Source: Anthoceros angustus
Lineage: Eukaryota; Plantae; Anthocerotophyta
Assembly (NCBI GenBank): GCA_010909165.1
Contig: VJWM01000025.1
Location: 372,001 to 436,000 of the forward strand
Length of the DNA stretch: 64,000 nt
Direction of reading: 5' to 3'
Part shown: positions 54,194-64,000 of the stretch, piece after piece
Layout: the number at the start of each line of letters is the position of its first letter
How positions within the stretch are numbered: the first letter of the stretch is position 1
Translations under genes and position numbers: made by a program
Notes under the pieces: model-generated
Told to the model about the DNA's origin: nothing
Database searches by the model: none
What the model saw: the letters and a program-made list of their open reading frames with translations, nothing else

Positions 54194-54526
54194 ATGGCAA
54201 GAATTATGATAATTGGATTTCACTTATATCTTTTTACGTTCGCATGTACTCTTGAACTGAAAGAGCCAATGCTTGCAGCAGGACAAGGGGTACTTCCTGA
54301 ATGTTCATGCACTGCAATTCCAAACATAAAGAGAGATGTTTGTCCTCCGGCAGAGGTTTGGGTATGTTCTTGTGAGGATTATCCAGGAACTGAGTGTTTC
54401 AAACTCGAGAGCATTACGTATGCAAGGTGTTATAACGTAATTGATAAAGCTTATCTCATATCAAACCCCCGCTGTAAGTGTCCATATGAGTGTAATACTT
54501 GTAGATATGAGGTAGTAGACTATTAG
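54194..54526 (+). CDS. Small cysteine-rich putatively secreted protein (110 aa, 12 Cys)
   Basis: Hydrophobic N-terminus followed by CxC..C..CxC..C..C..CxCxxxCxxC; TATAAAAA about 50 bp upstream; open frame in very AT-rich DNA. Confidence 0.6.
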   Translation: MARIMIIGFHLYLFTFACTLELKEPMLAAGQGVLPECSCTAIPNIKRDVCPPAEVWVCSCEDYPGTECFKLESITYARCYNVIDKAYLISNPRCKCPYECNTCRYEVVDY

Positions 54527-54902
54527 TAGATAGATATTAGTTCAGTAGTTGCTATAGATATTTATGATATAGTATACTCTATGTTCTCAATGCTACAATG
54601 TGCAACATGCCCTGATCACTATCCTCCGACTCTTTTAGATCCTTTCCATCATGTAGTGCATCGACGACTCTCGAAAAAAGGCAGCACACGATAGAGTCTC
54701 CTCTCAGGTGGTCGGCACTTCAAACTCTTACATACAAATATAAGTCAATTCTAACAAGTTTTCTTTGTATATATAGATATTATACATATTATGTATTTAT
54801 GATACAAAGATGGATTAGGTACCTTTTTCTTTGTAAAATATTTTTTAAATTCAAAAGGAGGGTGTTGATTGACACCGGAGCACAGCCATTGATTTCAATG
54901 TG

Positions 54903-55011
54903 CCTTTCCCGATTGTTGACCAAAGCCACCCACTCGTGCAGTATTCCGCTTTTCTCTCTCCTTTCCCGATTGTTGACCAAAGCCACCCACTCGTGCAGTA
55001 TTCCGCTTTTC
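54903..55011. repeat. 57-bp direct repeat x2
   Basis: CCTTTCCCGATTGTTGACCAAAGCCACCCACTCGTGCAGTATTCCGCTTTT occurs twice. Confidence 0.9.
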
Positions 55012-55789
55012 CAGAGAGATGCTTGGTTCAGAGGTCAACAATGACATCATTGCTACATGCTGTGGCAAACCTTAGACACTTGCTTCGTCTTATTTAAAAA
55101 AAATCCCCCACAAACACAATTGTAAACAATCGCTGATACCGAGAACGAGCTAGATCGGTAGTAAATAGGATGCTATGAACTAGAAGATGTATGAAAAGCG
55201 CCCCATTCATTGGGCGCGCTGGCCTGGTTATTTGTGTGGTTTTCAGCGCGAGATTACCCGCTGATAAACGCAAGATTAGCCGACGATAAACCTGAGATAG
55301 CTTGACGTAGCCTTGAAGCAGGTTAAGGTGGTTCGTTTTTGGTAACAGGTCAATTTCGGCTGGCTATGTAAGCTCTTTGGCTATGCTGCTGGTGGATGGA
55401 GCAGCAGCAGCGGTGGAGCGATTGAGCCCATGTTTTCTGCAGCGAGAATTGGAAGCTGGCCGAGCGTGCTCTCAGTTCTCCTCTATGTGAAGAACCTGCC
55501 CTTCACACTTCCAAGAAGTCGACCATGTCTCAATCGGCAGTGATGAGAAGCGAGCTACAGATCCATGGTTTGCGTCTTCTAGCTGTGTTTCAAGCATGGG
55601 TGAACAGCTGATTCCGGCTTCATGCAGGTTGCCCGGTTTCCTGGGCTGCCACTTGCCATCTTGTTCAAGTAGGAAAAGATGCCCATTTCTCAAGGCTTGG
55701 ATGAGGCAGGCATGTAGTCTGTAGAGTCTAGGATTTGGTCTCCATGTGCAAAGCCAAAGTTAGGCGGCCCCCCATCACCTCCATGGGTC

Positions 55790-58700
55790 ATGGCTGTTGG
55801 GAACGTGTTCACCCGTATTCTAGGAAGAGCACCAGCTCAAGCTCAAGCTCAAGCTCAAGCTCAAGCTCAAGCTCAAGCTCAAGCTCAAGCTCAAGCTCAA
55901 GCTCAAGCTCAAGCTCAAGCTCAAGCTCAAGCTCAAGCTCAAGCTCAAGCTCAAGCTCAAGCTCAAGCTCAAGCTCAAGCTCAAGCTCAAGCTCAAGCTC
56001 AAGCTCAAGCTCAAGCTCAAGCTCAAGCTCATGTGCCTTGTAGGAACCAACCCCGACCCCAACCCTTGGCACAGAAGCAAGCTGCCAGATACAACAGTAC
56101 CTGGCCATCAACGCCTAGGCCGGATGAACCTGGACCTGGCCGGATCAGGTGTGCAGCATACGAAAGGGGAACCGACGTGACCCAACTCTGTGACCAGGGC
56201 TATCTCACCCAAGCTGTCGAGGCTCTGGGACTCCTGGTGCAGACGCAATGCTGCATTTCCAAATCCCTCTTTTCTGCTGTCCTGAAGAAATGTGCGTTCC
56301 AGAAGGATCTTGTTCTGGGGCGCCGCGTTCATGCGTTCACGGTGAAAACGGGGTACCAATCGGACACCATCCTGGGCACCAGCATCCTGCGAATGTATGC
56401 CTCTCATGGCAGGTTGCAAGACGCCATGGATGTGTTTGAGCTGGTTTCAGAACCGGATGCCTTCACCTGGTCTGCCGTAATCTCTGCGCATGCTAAACAA
56501 GGACAAGACAAGCGGGCCATAGAGCTCTATCATCGGATGCGCAGGTCCAGTGTGAAGCCTGATGGCCATGTGTTTGTGGCAGTTCTGCAGGCTTGTGCAA
56601 GGGGACCGGACTTGAAAACTGGGCAGCAGGTGCATGCTCACCTCTTGGCCGCAGGCACCCAGCCTGATCTGTTCGTAACCACTTGCTTGGTGAACATGTA
56701 CGCCAAGTGTGGCACCCTGGAAGATGCGCACAGACTGTTTGACGGACTCGGACAGAATCAAAAACATGTCGTGACGTGGACTGCTCTCATCGCAGGGTAC
56801 TCCCAGCAGGGCAGGGGGCAGGAAGCCCTTCGTATCTACGGTGCTATGCAACGAGAAGGCCTTGCTGTACCCAATTCCGTTACATTTGTTTGCCTTCTGC
56901 AGGCATGTGCAAGTGTGGGGACCCCAGCTTTGGAGAAGGGGAAGCAGCTTCATGCTCAAATCAGCGACCACGGACATCAGGATGATGTCTTTGTGGCTAA
57001 CAGCTTGGTCAACATGTATGCCAAGTGTGGCAGCCTAGAGGATGCTCACAGACTATTTCGCGGACTTTGCCAAAAGGATGTGGGAACGTGGAATGCATTG
57101 ATAGCTGGGTATGCTCACCATGGCAAGGGCCAGGAAGCCCTTCGTCTCTACGATGTCATGAAACACGAAGGCATCACTACACCTGATTCCATGACCTTTC
57201 AGTGTCTCCTGCAGGCATGCGCAGCCGTGGGCACCCCAGCTTTGGAGAAGGGGAGGCAGCTTCATGTGCAAATTAGGGAAGGAGGACATGAAGCTGACGT
57301 GTTTCTGGCCAACAACTTGGTGAATATGTATGCAAAGTGTGGCAGCATCGAAGATGCTCAGAGAGTGTTCCATGGACTCCATCAAAAGGATGTGGTGACA
57401 TGGAATGCCATGATAGCAGGATATTCCCAGCAGGGCATGGGCCGGGAAGCCCTTCGTGTCTTTAGTAATATGCAAGAAGAAGCCATTGCCCCACCAAATT
57501 CCGTGACATTCTTGTGTGCCCTTCAGGGCTGTGCAAGTGTGGGCAGCGCAGCTCTGGAGAAGGGGAGGGAGATTCATGCGCAAATTAGAGAATGTGTACA
57601 TCAGGCTGATGCATTTGTAGCCAACAGTTTGGTGAACATGTATGCAAAGTGTGGCAGCTTGGACGATGCTCAGCGCGTGTTTGATGGACTGGTTATGAAG
57701 GATGTGGTGATGTGGACCTCTCTGATTGCAGGTTATTCCCAACAGGACATGGGCCAGAAAGCGCTCCATCTATACAGTGCTATGCAAGAAGAAGGCACAG
57801 CAGTACCCAATTCCATGACATTTGTGAGTCTCCTGCAGGCATGCGCAAGTGTGGGCACCCCAGCATTGGACAAGGGGAAGCAGATTCATATGCAAATACG
57901 AGAGCAAGGACTTGAAGCTGATCTATTTGTAGCCAACAGTCTAGTGAACATGTATGCAAAGTGTGGCAGCCTGGAGGATGCCCATACTGTGTTTGACGGA
58001 CTCAGTCAAAAAGATGTTGTTACTTGGACTGCTCTGATTGCAGGATATTCCCAGCAGAACATGAGCCAGGAGGCGCTCCGTCTGTACGGTGCAATGCAAG
58101 AGGACGGCATGGCTGTACCCAATTCCATGACATTTGGATACCTCCTCCAGGCATGTGCAAGTTTGGGGACCCCAGCTTTGGAGAAGGGGAAGCAGCTTCA
58201 TGCAGACATTAGAGCACGAGGACATCAGGCTGATTTGTTTGTGGCCAACAGTTTGGTGAACATGTATGTAAAGTGTGGTAGCCTTGAGGACGCCCATAGA
58301 GTGTTTGATGGTCTGGTGGAAAAAGATGTGGTCACTTGGACTGCTCTGATTGCAGGGTATTCCCAGCACGGTATGGGCCAGGAAGCCCTTCGTCATTACA
58401 TTGCTATGCAAGAAGAAGGCATCACCGTGCCCGATCCTGTGACGTTTGTGTGCCTCCTGCAGGCGTGTGCAAATGTGGCAGCTTTGCACCTGGGAAGGCA
58501 GATACATGCACAGATTGAGGAACAAGGGCTTCATCACCATGTGTTTCTAGCAAGCAGTTTGATTAACATGTACGGAAAGGCTGGGAGCATGGTTGATGCA
58601 CAGCAGGTGTTTGATGGGTTGCCGCACAGAGAGATTGTTGCCTGGAGTGCGCTGATTGCTGGCTACGCCTCTCAAGGACACAGTGAAGTAGTCTTTGACT

Positions 58701-59230
58701 TGGTCCAGAGAATGAAAGAGGATGGCGTGCAGCCAGTCGGCGTCACATTCCTTAGCGTATTAACAGTATGCAGTCATGCGGGTCTAGTGACCAAGGGTAT
58801 GGAGTTCTTCGAGGCTATGAGCAGAGAGTATGGCATCACTCGCACAGTGGAGCACTACACATGCATGGTGGACCTTCTGGGCCGTGCCGGTCGAGTAGAT
58901 GAAGCACTAAAGTTGGTGAGCCAAATGCCCGTAGTCGCCAATGCTGCAATTTGGCATACTCTCTTGAATGCTTGTCGACAGTGGAGGAACTTGGAGGTGG
59001 CGCGACACGCTTTTGATGAAGCAGTGAAGCTAGACAAAAAAGATGCGGCTGCATATGTGTTGATGTTCAATATTTACACCGGTGCCCAGATGTGGGAGCA
59101 GGCACAGAGGATGCAGTTGAGGAGGATAAAAGTCAGAGCATGGAAGCAGCCAGGTCAGAGCTGGTGGACAGACATGGAGGGAGAGGTGCATAGTTTTTTG
59201 GTTGGGGATGACAAGCTCAAGCCAGGATGA
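55790..59230 (+). CDS. 1146-aa PLS-PPR protein with E1/E2 and a WW-type PG box; DYW truncated (E+-like)
   Basis: Long run of near-identical PLS triplets with a GTPALEKG signature; ends [29 protein letters not shown]. Confidence 0.92.
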   Translation: MAVGNVFTRILGRAPAQAQAQAQAQAQAQAQAQAQAQAQAQAQAQAQAQAQAQAQAQAQAQAQAQAQAQAQAQAQAQAQAHVPCRNQPRPQPLAQKQAARYNSTWPSTPRPDEPGPGRIRCAAYERGTDVTQLCDQGYLTQAVEALGLLVQTQCCISKSLFSAVLKKCAFQKDLVLGRRVHAFTVKTGYQSDTILGTSILRMYASHGRLQDAMDVFELVSEPDAFTWSAVISAHAKQGQDKRAIELYHRMRRSSVKPDGHVFVAVLQACARGPDLKTGQQVHAHLLAAGTQPDLFVTTCLVNMYAKCGTLEDAHRLFDGLGQNQKHVVTWTALIAGYSQQGRGQEALRIYGAMQREGLAVPNSVTFVCLLQACASVGTPALEKGKQLHAQISDHGHQDDVFVANSLVNMYAKCGSLEDAHRLFRGLCQKDVGTWNALIAGYAHHGKGQEALRLYDVMKHEGITTPDSMTFQCLLQACAAVGTPALEKGRQLHVQIREGGHEADVFLANNLVNMYAKCGSIEDAQRVFHGLHQKDVVTWNAMIAGYSQQGMGREALRVFSNMQEEAIAPPNSVTFLCALQGCASVGSAALEKGREIHAQIRECVHQADAFVANSLVNMYAKCGSLDDAQRVFDGLVMKDVVMWTSLIAGYSQQDMGQKALHLYSAMQEEGTAVPNSMTFVSLLQACASVGTPALDKGKQIHMQIREQGLEADLFVANSLVNMYAKCGSLEDAHTVFDGLSQKDVVTWTALIAGYSQQNMSQEALRLYGAMQEDGMAVPNSMTFGYLLQACASLGTPALEKGKQLHADIRARGHQADLFVANSLVNMYVKCGSLEDAHRVFDGLVEKDVVTWTALIAGYSQHGMGQEALRHYIAMQEEGITVPDPVTFVCLLQACANVAALHLGRQIHAQIEEQGLHHHVFLASSLINMYGKAGSMVDAQQVFDGLPHREIVAWSALIAGYASQGHSEVVFDLVQRMKEDGVQPVGVTFLSVLTVCSHAGLVTKGMEFFEAMSREYGITRTVEHYTCMVDLLGRAGRVDEALKLVSQMPVVANAAIWHTLLNACRQWRNLEVARHAFDEAVKLDKKDAAAYVLMFNIYTGAQMWEQAQRMQLRRIKVRAWKQPGQSWWTDMEGEVHSFLVGDDKLKPG
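55835..56031 (+). repeat. (GCTCAA)32 in-frame microsatellite encoding (Ala-Gln)32
   Basis: Directly visible, perfect repeat. Confidence 0.97.
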
Positions 59231-59590
59231 AACAGGTCTTGTGCAAAATGAAGAAGCCAGGATGAAACAGGTCTCGTCCAAAATGAAGAAGCCAGGATAA
59301 AACAGGTCTTGTGCAAAATGAAGAAGCCAGGATGAAACAGGTCTTGTGAAAAATGAAGAAGCCAGGATTTGGACCAGTCACGTGACCGGAGGCATATCTG
59401 GTGTTAGGATGGAAGACGGGGACAGGACCGAGATGCTGCTCATCGCCCATATCCTTGAAGAGACACCGAACCGGACCTCCGTATTTATTGACAAGGATCT
59501 TCGCGCATGGGTTGGTTCTCGCTGTGCTCCCATGTACAGTGGAGAGGCGAGCTATCATCTGCAGGGGGTGCAGGGATGGAAGTCGGACAA
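59221..59590 (+). pseudogene. 35-bp tandem repeat x4 followed by the decayed remainder of the DYW domain
   Basis: Unit GCCAGGATGAAACAGGTCTTGTGCAAAATGAAGAA. Downstream peptides [50 protein letters not shown] and VERRAIICR align with DYW segments. Confidence 0.7.
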
Positions 59591-59729
59591 CTGTGTACGT
59601 ACAGGGCTATGCTGAAGCTGAGGTAGCGCTCCAGTGCCCAGCAACGGGTTATGACTGTCTGGAGCCTAACAAGTTGCGACCCATCTTCCACCGAGAGCTC
59701 CTGCTCACCTGGCTTGAAGGAAGCCACCA

Positions 59730-60960
59730 TTGGCAAGCCACCGAGTCGCGAGCCCCATCGCCGTGGCCGGAAAACCCAGCCAATCAGGAGAATCTCTAGC
59801 GGGACACGGATTTTGCAAAGACCGCCGAGGGCAATGTTTTCGGGATGGGGTCCGACCGGAAGAGCGATCGGGATCCCACACTTTGATGGGAGAGCACTGA
59901 TGATGAGGCGTGCGAGCTTTTGGACTTCCGGATTCCGAAGGGGCGAAATGGATGACACCGTGAGCAAGCTGTGTGATCAGGGCCATCTCACTCAGGTTGT
60001 TGAGGCTTCGGGACTTTTGGTGCAAACAGACTCTTGTGTTTTCAAATCTCCCTATTATGCTGTCCTAAAGAGGTGTGCAGTCGAGAAGAATCTGGTTCTG
60101 GGTCGCCGCGTCTATGTTTTCACAGTGATTATGGGGTACCAGTCGGACACGTTCGTGTGCAACCACGTGCTTCGGATGTATGCTTTTCATAGCAGGCTGC
60201 AAGATGTGTTAACGGGACCTTCATGTGCTATTCCATAGTTTCGGCGCATGTTAAACAGGGAAAGACAAGGAGGCCAAACGACTGTATCATCGCATGCAAA
60301 GGTCGGATGTAAAGCCAGACGGGCTTATCTTTGTGGCTGCCTTTCAGGATTGTGCAAGGGCATTAGACTTGAAAACTGGTCAGCAGGTGCATGCTTTCGT
60401 GTTTGCCAGAGCCGTTGAGCTTATCCGTTTGTGTGTACTTCACCAAGCGTGACATATGTGTGCCCTCAGGAGGCATGTGCAAGTGTGGGAAGTTCAGCTT
60501 TGCAGAGAGGTCAGCAGCTTCATACATAAATCACAGAACGAGGACATGAAACTGGTGACTTTGCAGCCAGCAGTTTGGTAAACATGTTGCACAGTGTTGC
60601 AGCCTAGGTGATGCTTAGAAAGTGTTTGACGAACTTCATCTACAGTGTTATAAGACGCAGGCTTCCACGCACCTGATGCTGTGACATTATTTGCGTCCTG
60701 CAGGCTTGTGCAACTGTGGGCACCCTAGCTGTGGACAGGGGGAAGCAACTTCATGAGGAAATTGGGAAACGAGGCGATCACCCTGATGTGCTTGTAACCA
60801 ATAGTTTGTTGAACACGTATGCAAAATATTGCAGCTTGGAGGATGCTCAGCGAATCTTTGACGCACTTGAGGATGTCATGACCTGGAATGCAATGACAGC
60901 AGAGGGTTCCCCGGAGTGGTGTTCAGCTTGGTTCAGAAAATGAGACTGGATGCATCCAGG
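59730..60960 (+). pseudogene. Degenerate PLS-PPR paralog of the 55790-59230 gene
   Basis: VSKLCDQGHLTQVVEASGLLVQT..AVLKRC..LVLGRRV..GYQSDT, and GTLAVDRGKQLH..NSLLNTYAKYCSLEDAQRIFD; many stops, deletions and frameshifts. Confidence 0.85.
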
Positions 60961-61085
60961 CAGTTGGAGCAACCATGACGGCGCCAATCTCACACAGTAG
61001 ACCAGAATAATTTATTCAAAAAGAAGAATAAGAAGAATTTTATTTAAGTCCACTAAGGACGGATTTCCGTCATGGACTGCAATAT

Positions 61086-61361
61086 GTTATTTATATAGAT
61101 TGTGGTAAAATAGTTTGGATTAATATAAAAGTAAAATTTAAATAAGATAAATAATCTTCAATTAGTGTCAATGAAATTGCGTGAATGAGGGTCAAACATC
61201 ACCAATTCATCCCCACAAAAGAAGTTATTTATATAGATTGTGGTAAAATAGTTTGGATTAATATAAAAGTAAAATTTAAATAAGATAAATAATCTTCAAT
61301 TAGTGTCAATGAAATTGCGTGAATGAGGGTCAAACATCACCAATTCATCCCCACAAAAGAA
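61086..61361. repeat. 138-bp perfect tandem duplication
   Basis: 61086-61223 equals 61224-61361. Confidence 0.9.
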
Positions 61362-61374
61362 AGCCACTTGACCT

Positions 61375-61930
61375 GCAGCACGAATTGCTTTGAAAGCAGG
61401 TAACTTCTCCTTCTTAATCTTCCATTGCAGCACGAATTGCTTTGAAAGCGGGTAACATCTCCTTCTTAGTCTTCCATTGTAGCACGAATTGCTTTGAAAG
61501 CGGGTAATTTATCCTTCTTAGTCTTCCATTGCAGCACGAATTGCTTTGAAAGCGGGTAACTTCTCCTTCTTAGTCTACCATTGTAGCACGAATTGCTTTG
61601 AAAGCGGGTAACTTCTCCTTCTTAGTCTTCCATTGCAATGGTGTAAGATCGAACTGCTCTGAAAGCGGGTAACTTCTCCTTCTTAGTCTTCCATTGCAAT
61701 GGTGGAAGATCCTCATTGATATATAATTGAGTTGTCCATAACATAGACCTAGCCTTCATAACCTGGAGGCAATCATCCACAGAGTGAAAAGTCATAATCA
61801 ATACGACACACAGAGTGAAAAGTCATAATCAATACGACACAGAGTGAAAAGTCATAATCAATACGCACTCTCTACCATGATCCTTTCCAAGCCAGAAGGC
61901 TAGAGTGAAAAGTCATAATCAATACGCGCT
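61375..61930. repeat. 52-bp tandem repeat (about 6 units, 61375-61700) and AGAGTGAAAAGTCATAATCAATACG x4 (61781-61926)
   Basis: Directly visible. Confidence 0.9.
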
Positions 61931-63315
61931 CTCAGGATCCTTTCCAAGCCAGAAGGCTCGAGGAACGACCACATCGACCTCTAGCCGATGGGGTGTGGAC
62001 CACTTGTTGTGGGCGGTTCGGCTTTGGTCGGTTTTATTTCGGTTTTGATCGATCCCCCTCGCTCAATGCATCCAAAAGAAATCAATATATCCGCCCCCCT
62101 AATTGACATCTTTACAATCTCCTCATAACCCAGCAAGATCAAAATCTGCTATATAATGAAAACAATTTCAATGAGATTTTTTTGGGGGCACTGGAGCCAT
62201 TATATGCCATAATACGTTTCTTATGTGAAATTATTAATCCAATTAAATTATAAATAAAATATACATTTAATATCATCAAAAGGAGACAATATACATGACA
62301 CAGTACGCAGCCAAGCCCAAGCATCAGCAGCAGTCAAGTTGCAAGTTGCAAGACTCATCCTTGTTGCCCCAAATGCATATGTAAAGACTTTGGAATACTA
62401 AAGTGAAACTCAAGATAGCATTAAGGAACCATGCACCACCTAATGAAGAGTCAGACATTATCTAGCTGTAATTTCCATAATGATCTAAGGAGTACCCACT
62501 TGATATAAAAGGTTCACTTAGGTGATCAAAAGTATCTCACTTGTTCTTAAGAATCCGTGTATTTATTTGTGTACATAAATATGATGTAACTCATCTAGCT
62601 TGCCGATATCCGATGGCCCTCATCCTCAGAACCGGAAGCACATAACTTCCTTGCGGACATAGTGCTGATAAATCCTAATCATTGCGGATATAGTACTGAT
62701 AAACCCTAGTCAGTATCGCACGGCTCTCATCTATGCCACATGATTCATGGTTTTCGCCCTAATCAGTATTGCACGGTTCTCATATGTTCGGCATGGTTCA
62801 TGGTTTCCGCCTTAATCAGTATCGCACGATTCTCATCTATGCCACACGATTCCCCATTTTTGCACCCTACTTGTGAGCTATCTCCATATGCCCCATTTTT
62901 GCACCCTACGTGTGAGCCATCTCCATATGCAAAGAAAGAGGGGAAGAAGAATATGAATGATTTGGCAGAACAATGTAGGCTTTGCCTCCCATTTGGTACC
63001 TGAACCAACCTAAGGATACGTAATCGGGAAGAGTTCTCTACCGTCTGCAGAGAGCACCTTGCAAAAATGACGTCTTTAGTTTTATATCTTTGGTTGACGG
63101 TGGGGGAGGGATATCGGCTGCGCTCCCGGGGCGAGCATCTAGGAACGGACATCGCACGGTAAGGAACGGCGCGCGATTGGGCGCGCACGGTTGACGGGGG
63201 GATGGACGTCCCGTTCCGTCCGACAACCGCAAGGGGTTGTGCTCGGTGATGACGTGGCCTTATAGGCTGTACCCGCAGCCTTAATGCGCATCGGGTATCG
63301 ATGGGAAAGAGGTAG

Positions 63316-63993
63316 TTATGCGGCAGAAAAGCTGGGCATGTGAGTGGTACCTACGGCAGGCAACTCTTGCGAACTGGAAGCTTTCAACACATTTTCTGGT
63401 GCAGGATCGTCTTCTTCTTCGCTTTCGGTCTCTGCTAAGTAGTCGATGTTGAACTCGGGACCATCGCCTTCTGGCATTTCCGGTCCGCATCTGTAGTTTT
63501 CGTACCATATCTCAAGACCGCTGTTATCTTTCTCAGTTTTGGCGTCCAAGATCTCGAAGGCATCCAGTAGGAAAAGCCGCCTATCTTCCTCTTTTTTTGT
63601 TTCCGAGTGCCGGGCTCTGTCAGCAAGTCGGAGTCCAGCGTGCCTGGCTTCCCATGCTATTCTGTGTCGCCTTCGATCGACATCCAGCAGTATTTCAGCA
63701 TGCTTTTGCCGAATTTGTTGTCTTTTTGCGCGCAGTTTAACCTCCTTTGCTGCGAGAGTGTTGTCAGTAAGAATTCGCAATGCAGCTCTCCTTTTGGTGG
63801 CGTTCAGATTATCGCAGGCCTCACTGTGACCTGCAAGTGCTTGCACTTCTCTTTCACTCTCGAGAAAAATCTGTCTTCTTCTCATTCGTTCAGCAGCGGA
63901 TTTTGCATCTAAGAACGAGCTGAAGGCATGGTTGTCTGCTTCGAGCTCCCATTCTGTGGTCTTGTTTAGATATCCAGTTCTTGCATGCAACAA
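63316..63993 (-). other. Unassigned ORF (225 aa or more, charged/helical, acidic tail), may continue beyond the window; possibly TE-derived
   Basis: Long open frame with no recognised motif. Confidence 0.3.
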
Positions 63994-64000
63994 CCGTCGT

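Noticed and set aside
54194-54526. Bowman-Birk inhibitor assignment (CSCT..CSCED)
   Set aside because: The canonical 9-residue CTxSxPPQC loop is absent and the spacing does not fit.
56108-59070. Antisense ORFs over PPR genes (also at 12385-14734 and 36440-38463)
   Set aside because: Shadow frames of repetitive, codon-biased PPR coding sequence.
59820-59930. Possible decayed PDF motif upstream of the PPR pseudogene (KSDRDP/HF..RAL..FW)
   Set aside because: Requires a frameshift and lacks WWDNR; too weak to support.

Overview
Eukaryotic nuclear DNA from a compact, intron-containing land-plant genome. The PPR editing factors (KPAxA/DRH-type and PGxSWW-type DYW domains) point to a hornwort such as Anthoceros; this is inference. 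The window holds a cluster of PLS-class PPR genes: two with DYW:KP/DRH domains (the class linked to U-to-C editing), one long WW-type gene whose DYW domain has decayed, and two PPR pseudogenes. Housekeeping genes are a GPATCH11-like G-patch protein, spermidine synthase, CTF8 and plastid pyruvate dehydrogenase E1-beta. There is also a large uncharacterised coiled-coil gene and an orphan cysteine-rich secreted peptide. Nested transposons include LTR gag/pol remnants, a LINE, a Sola/DUF7869-like transposase, two opposite-orientation copies of a TIR element with 4-bp TSDs, and TA-flanked TIR elements. The top finding is the intact 963-aa PPR-DYW:KP(DRH) protein at 36319-39210, which carries an N-terminal OSB-type 'PDF' single-stranded-DNA-binding motif and whose ATG lies only 14 nt after the CTF8 stop codon (possible bicistronic unit). 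Several near-identical tandem duplications with an indel-riddled copy may be long-read assembly artefacts.
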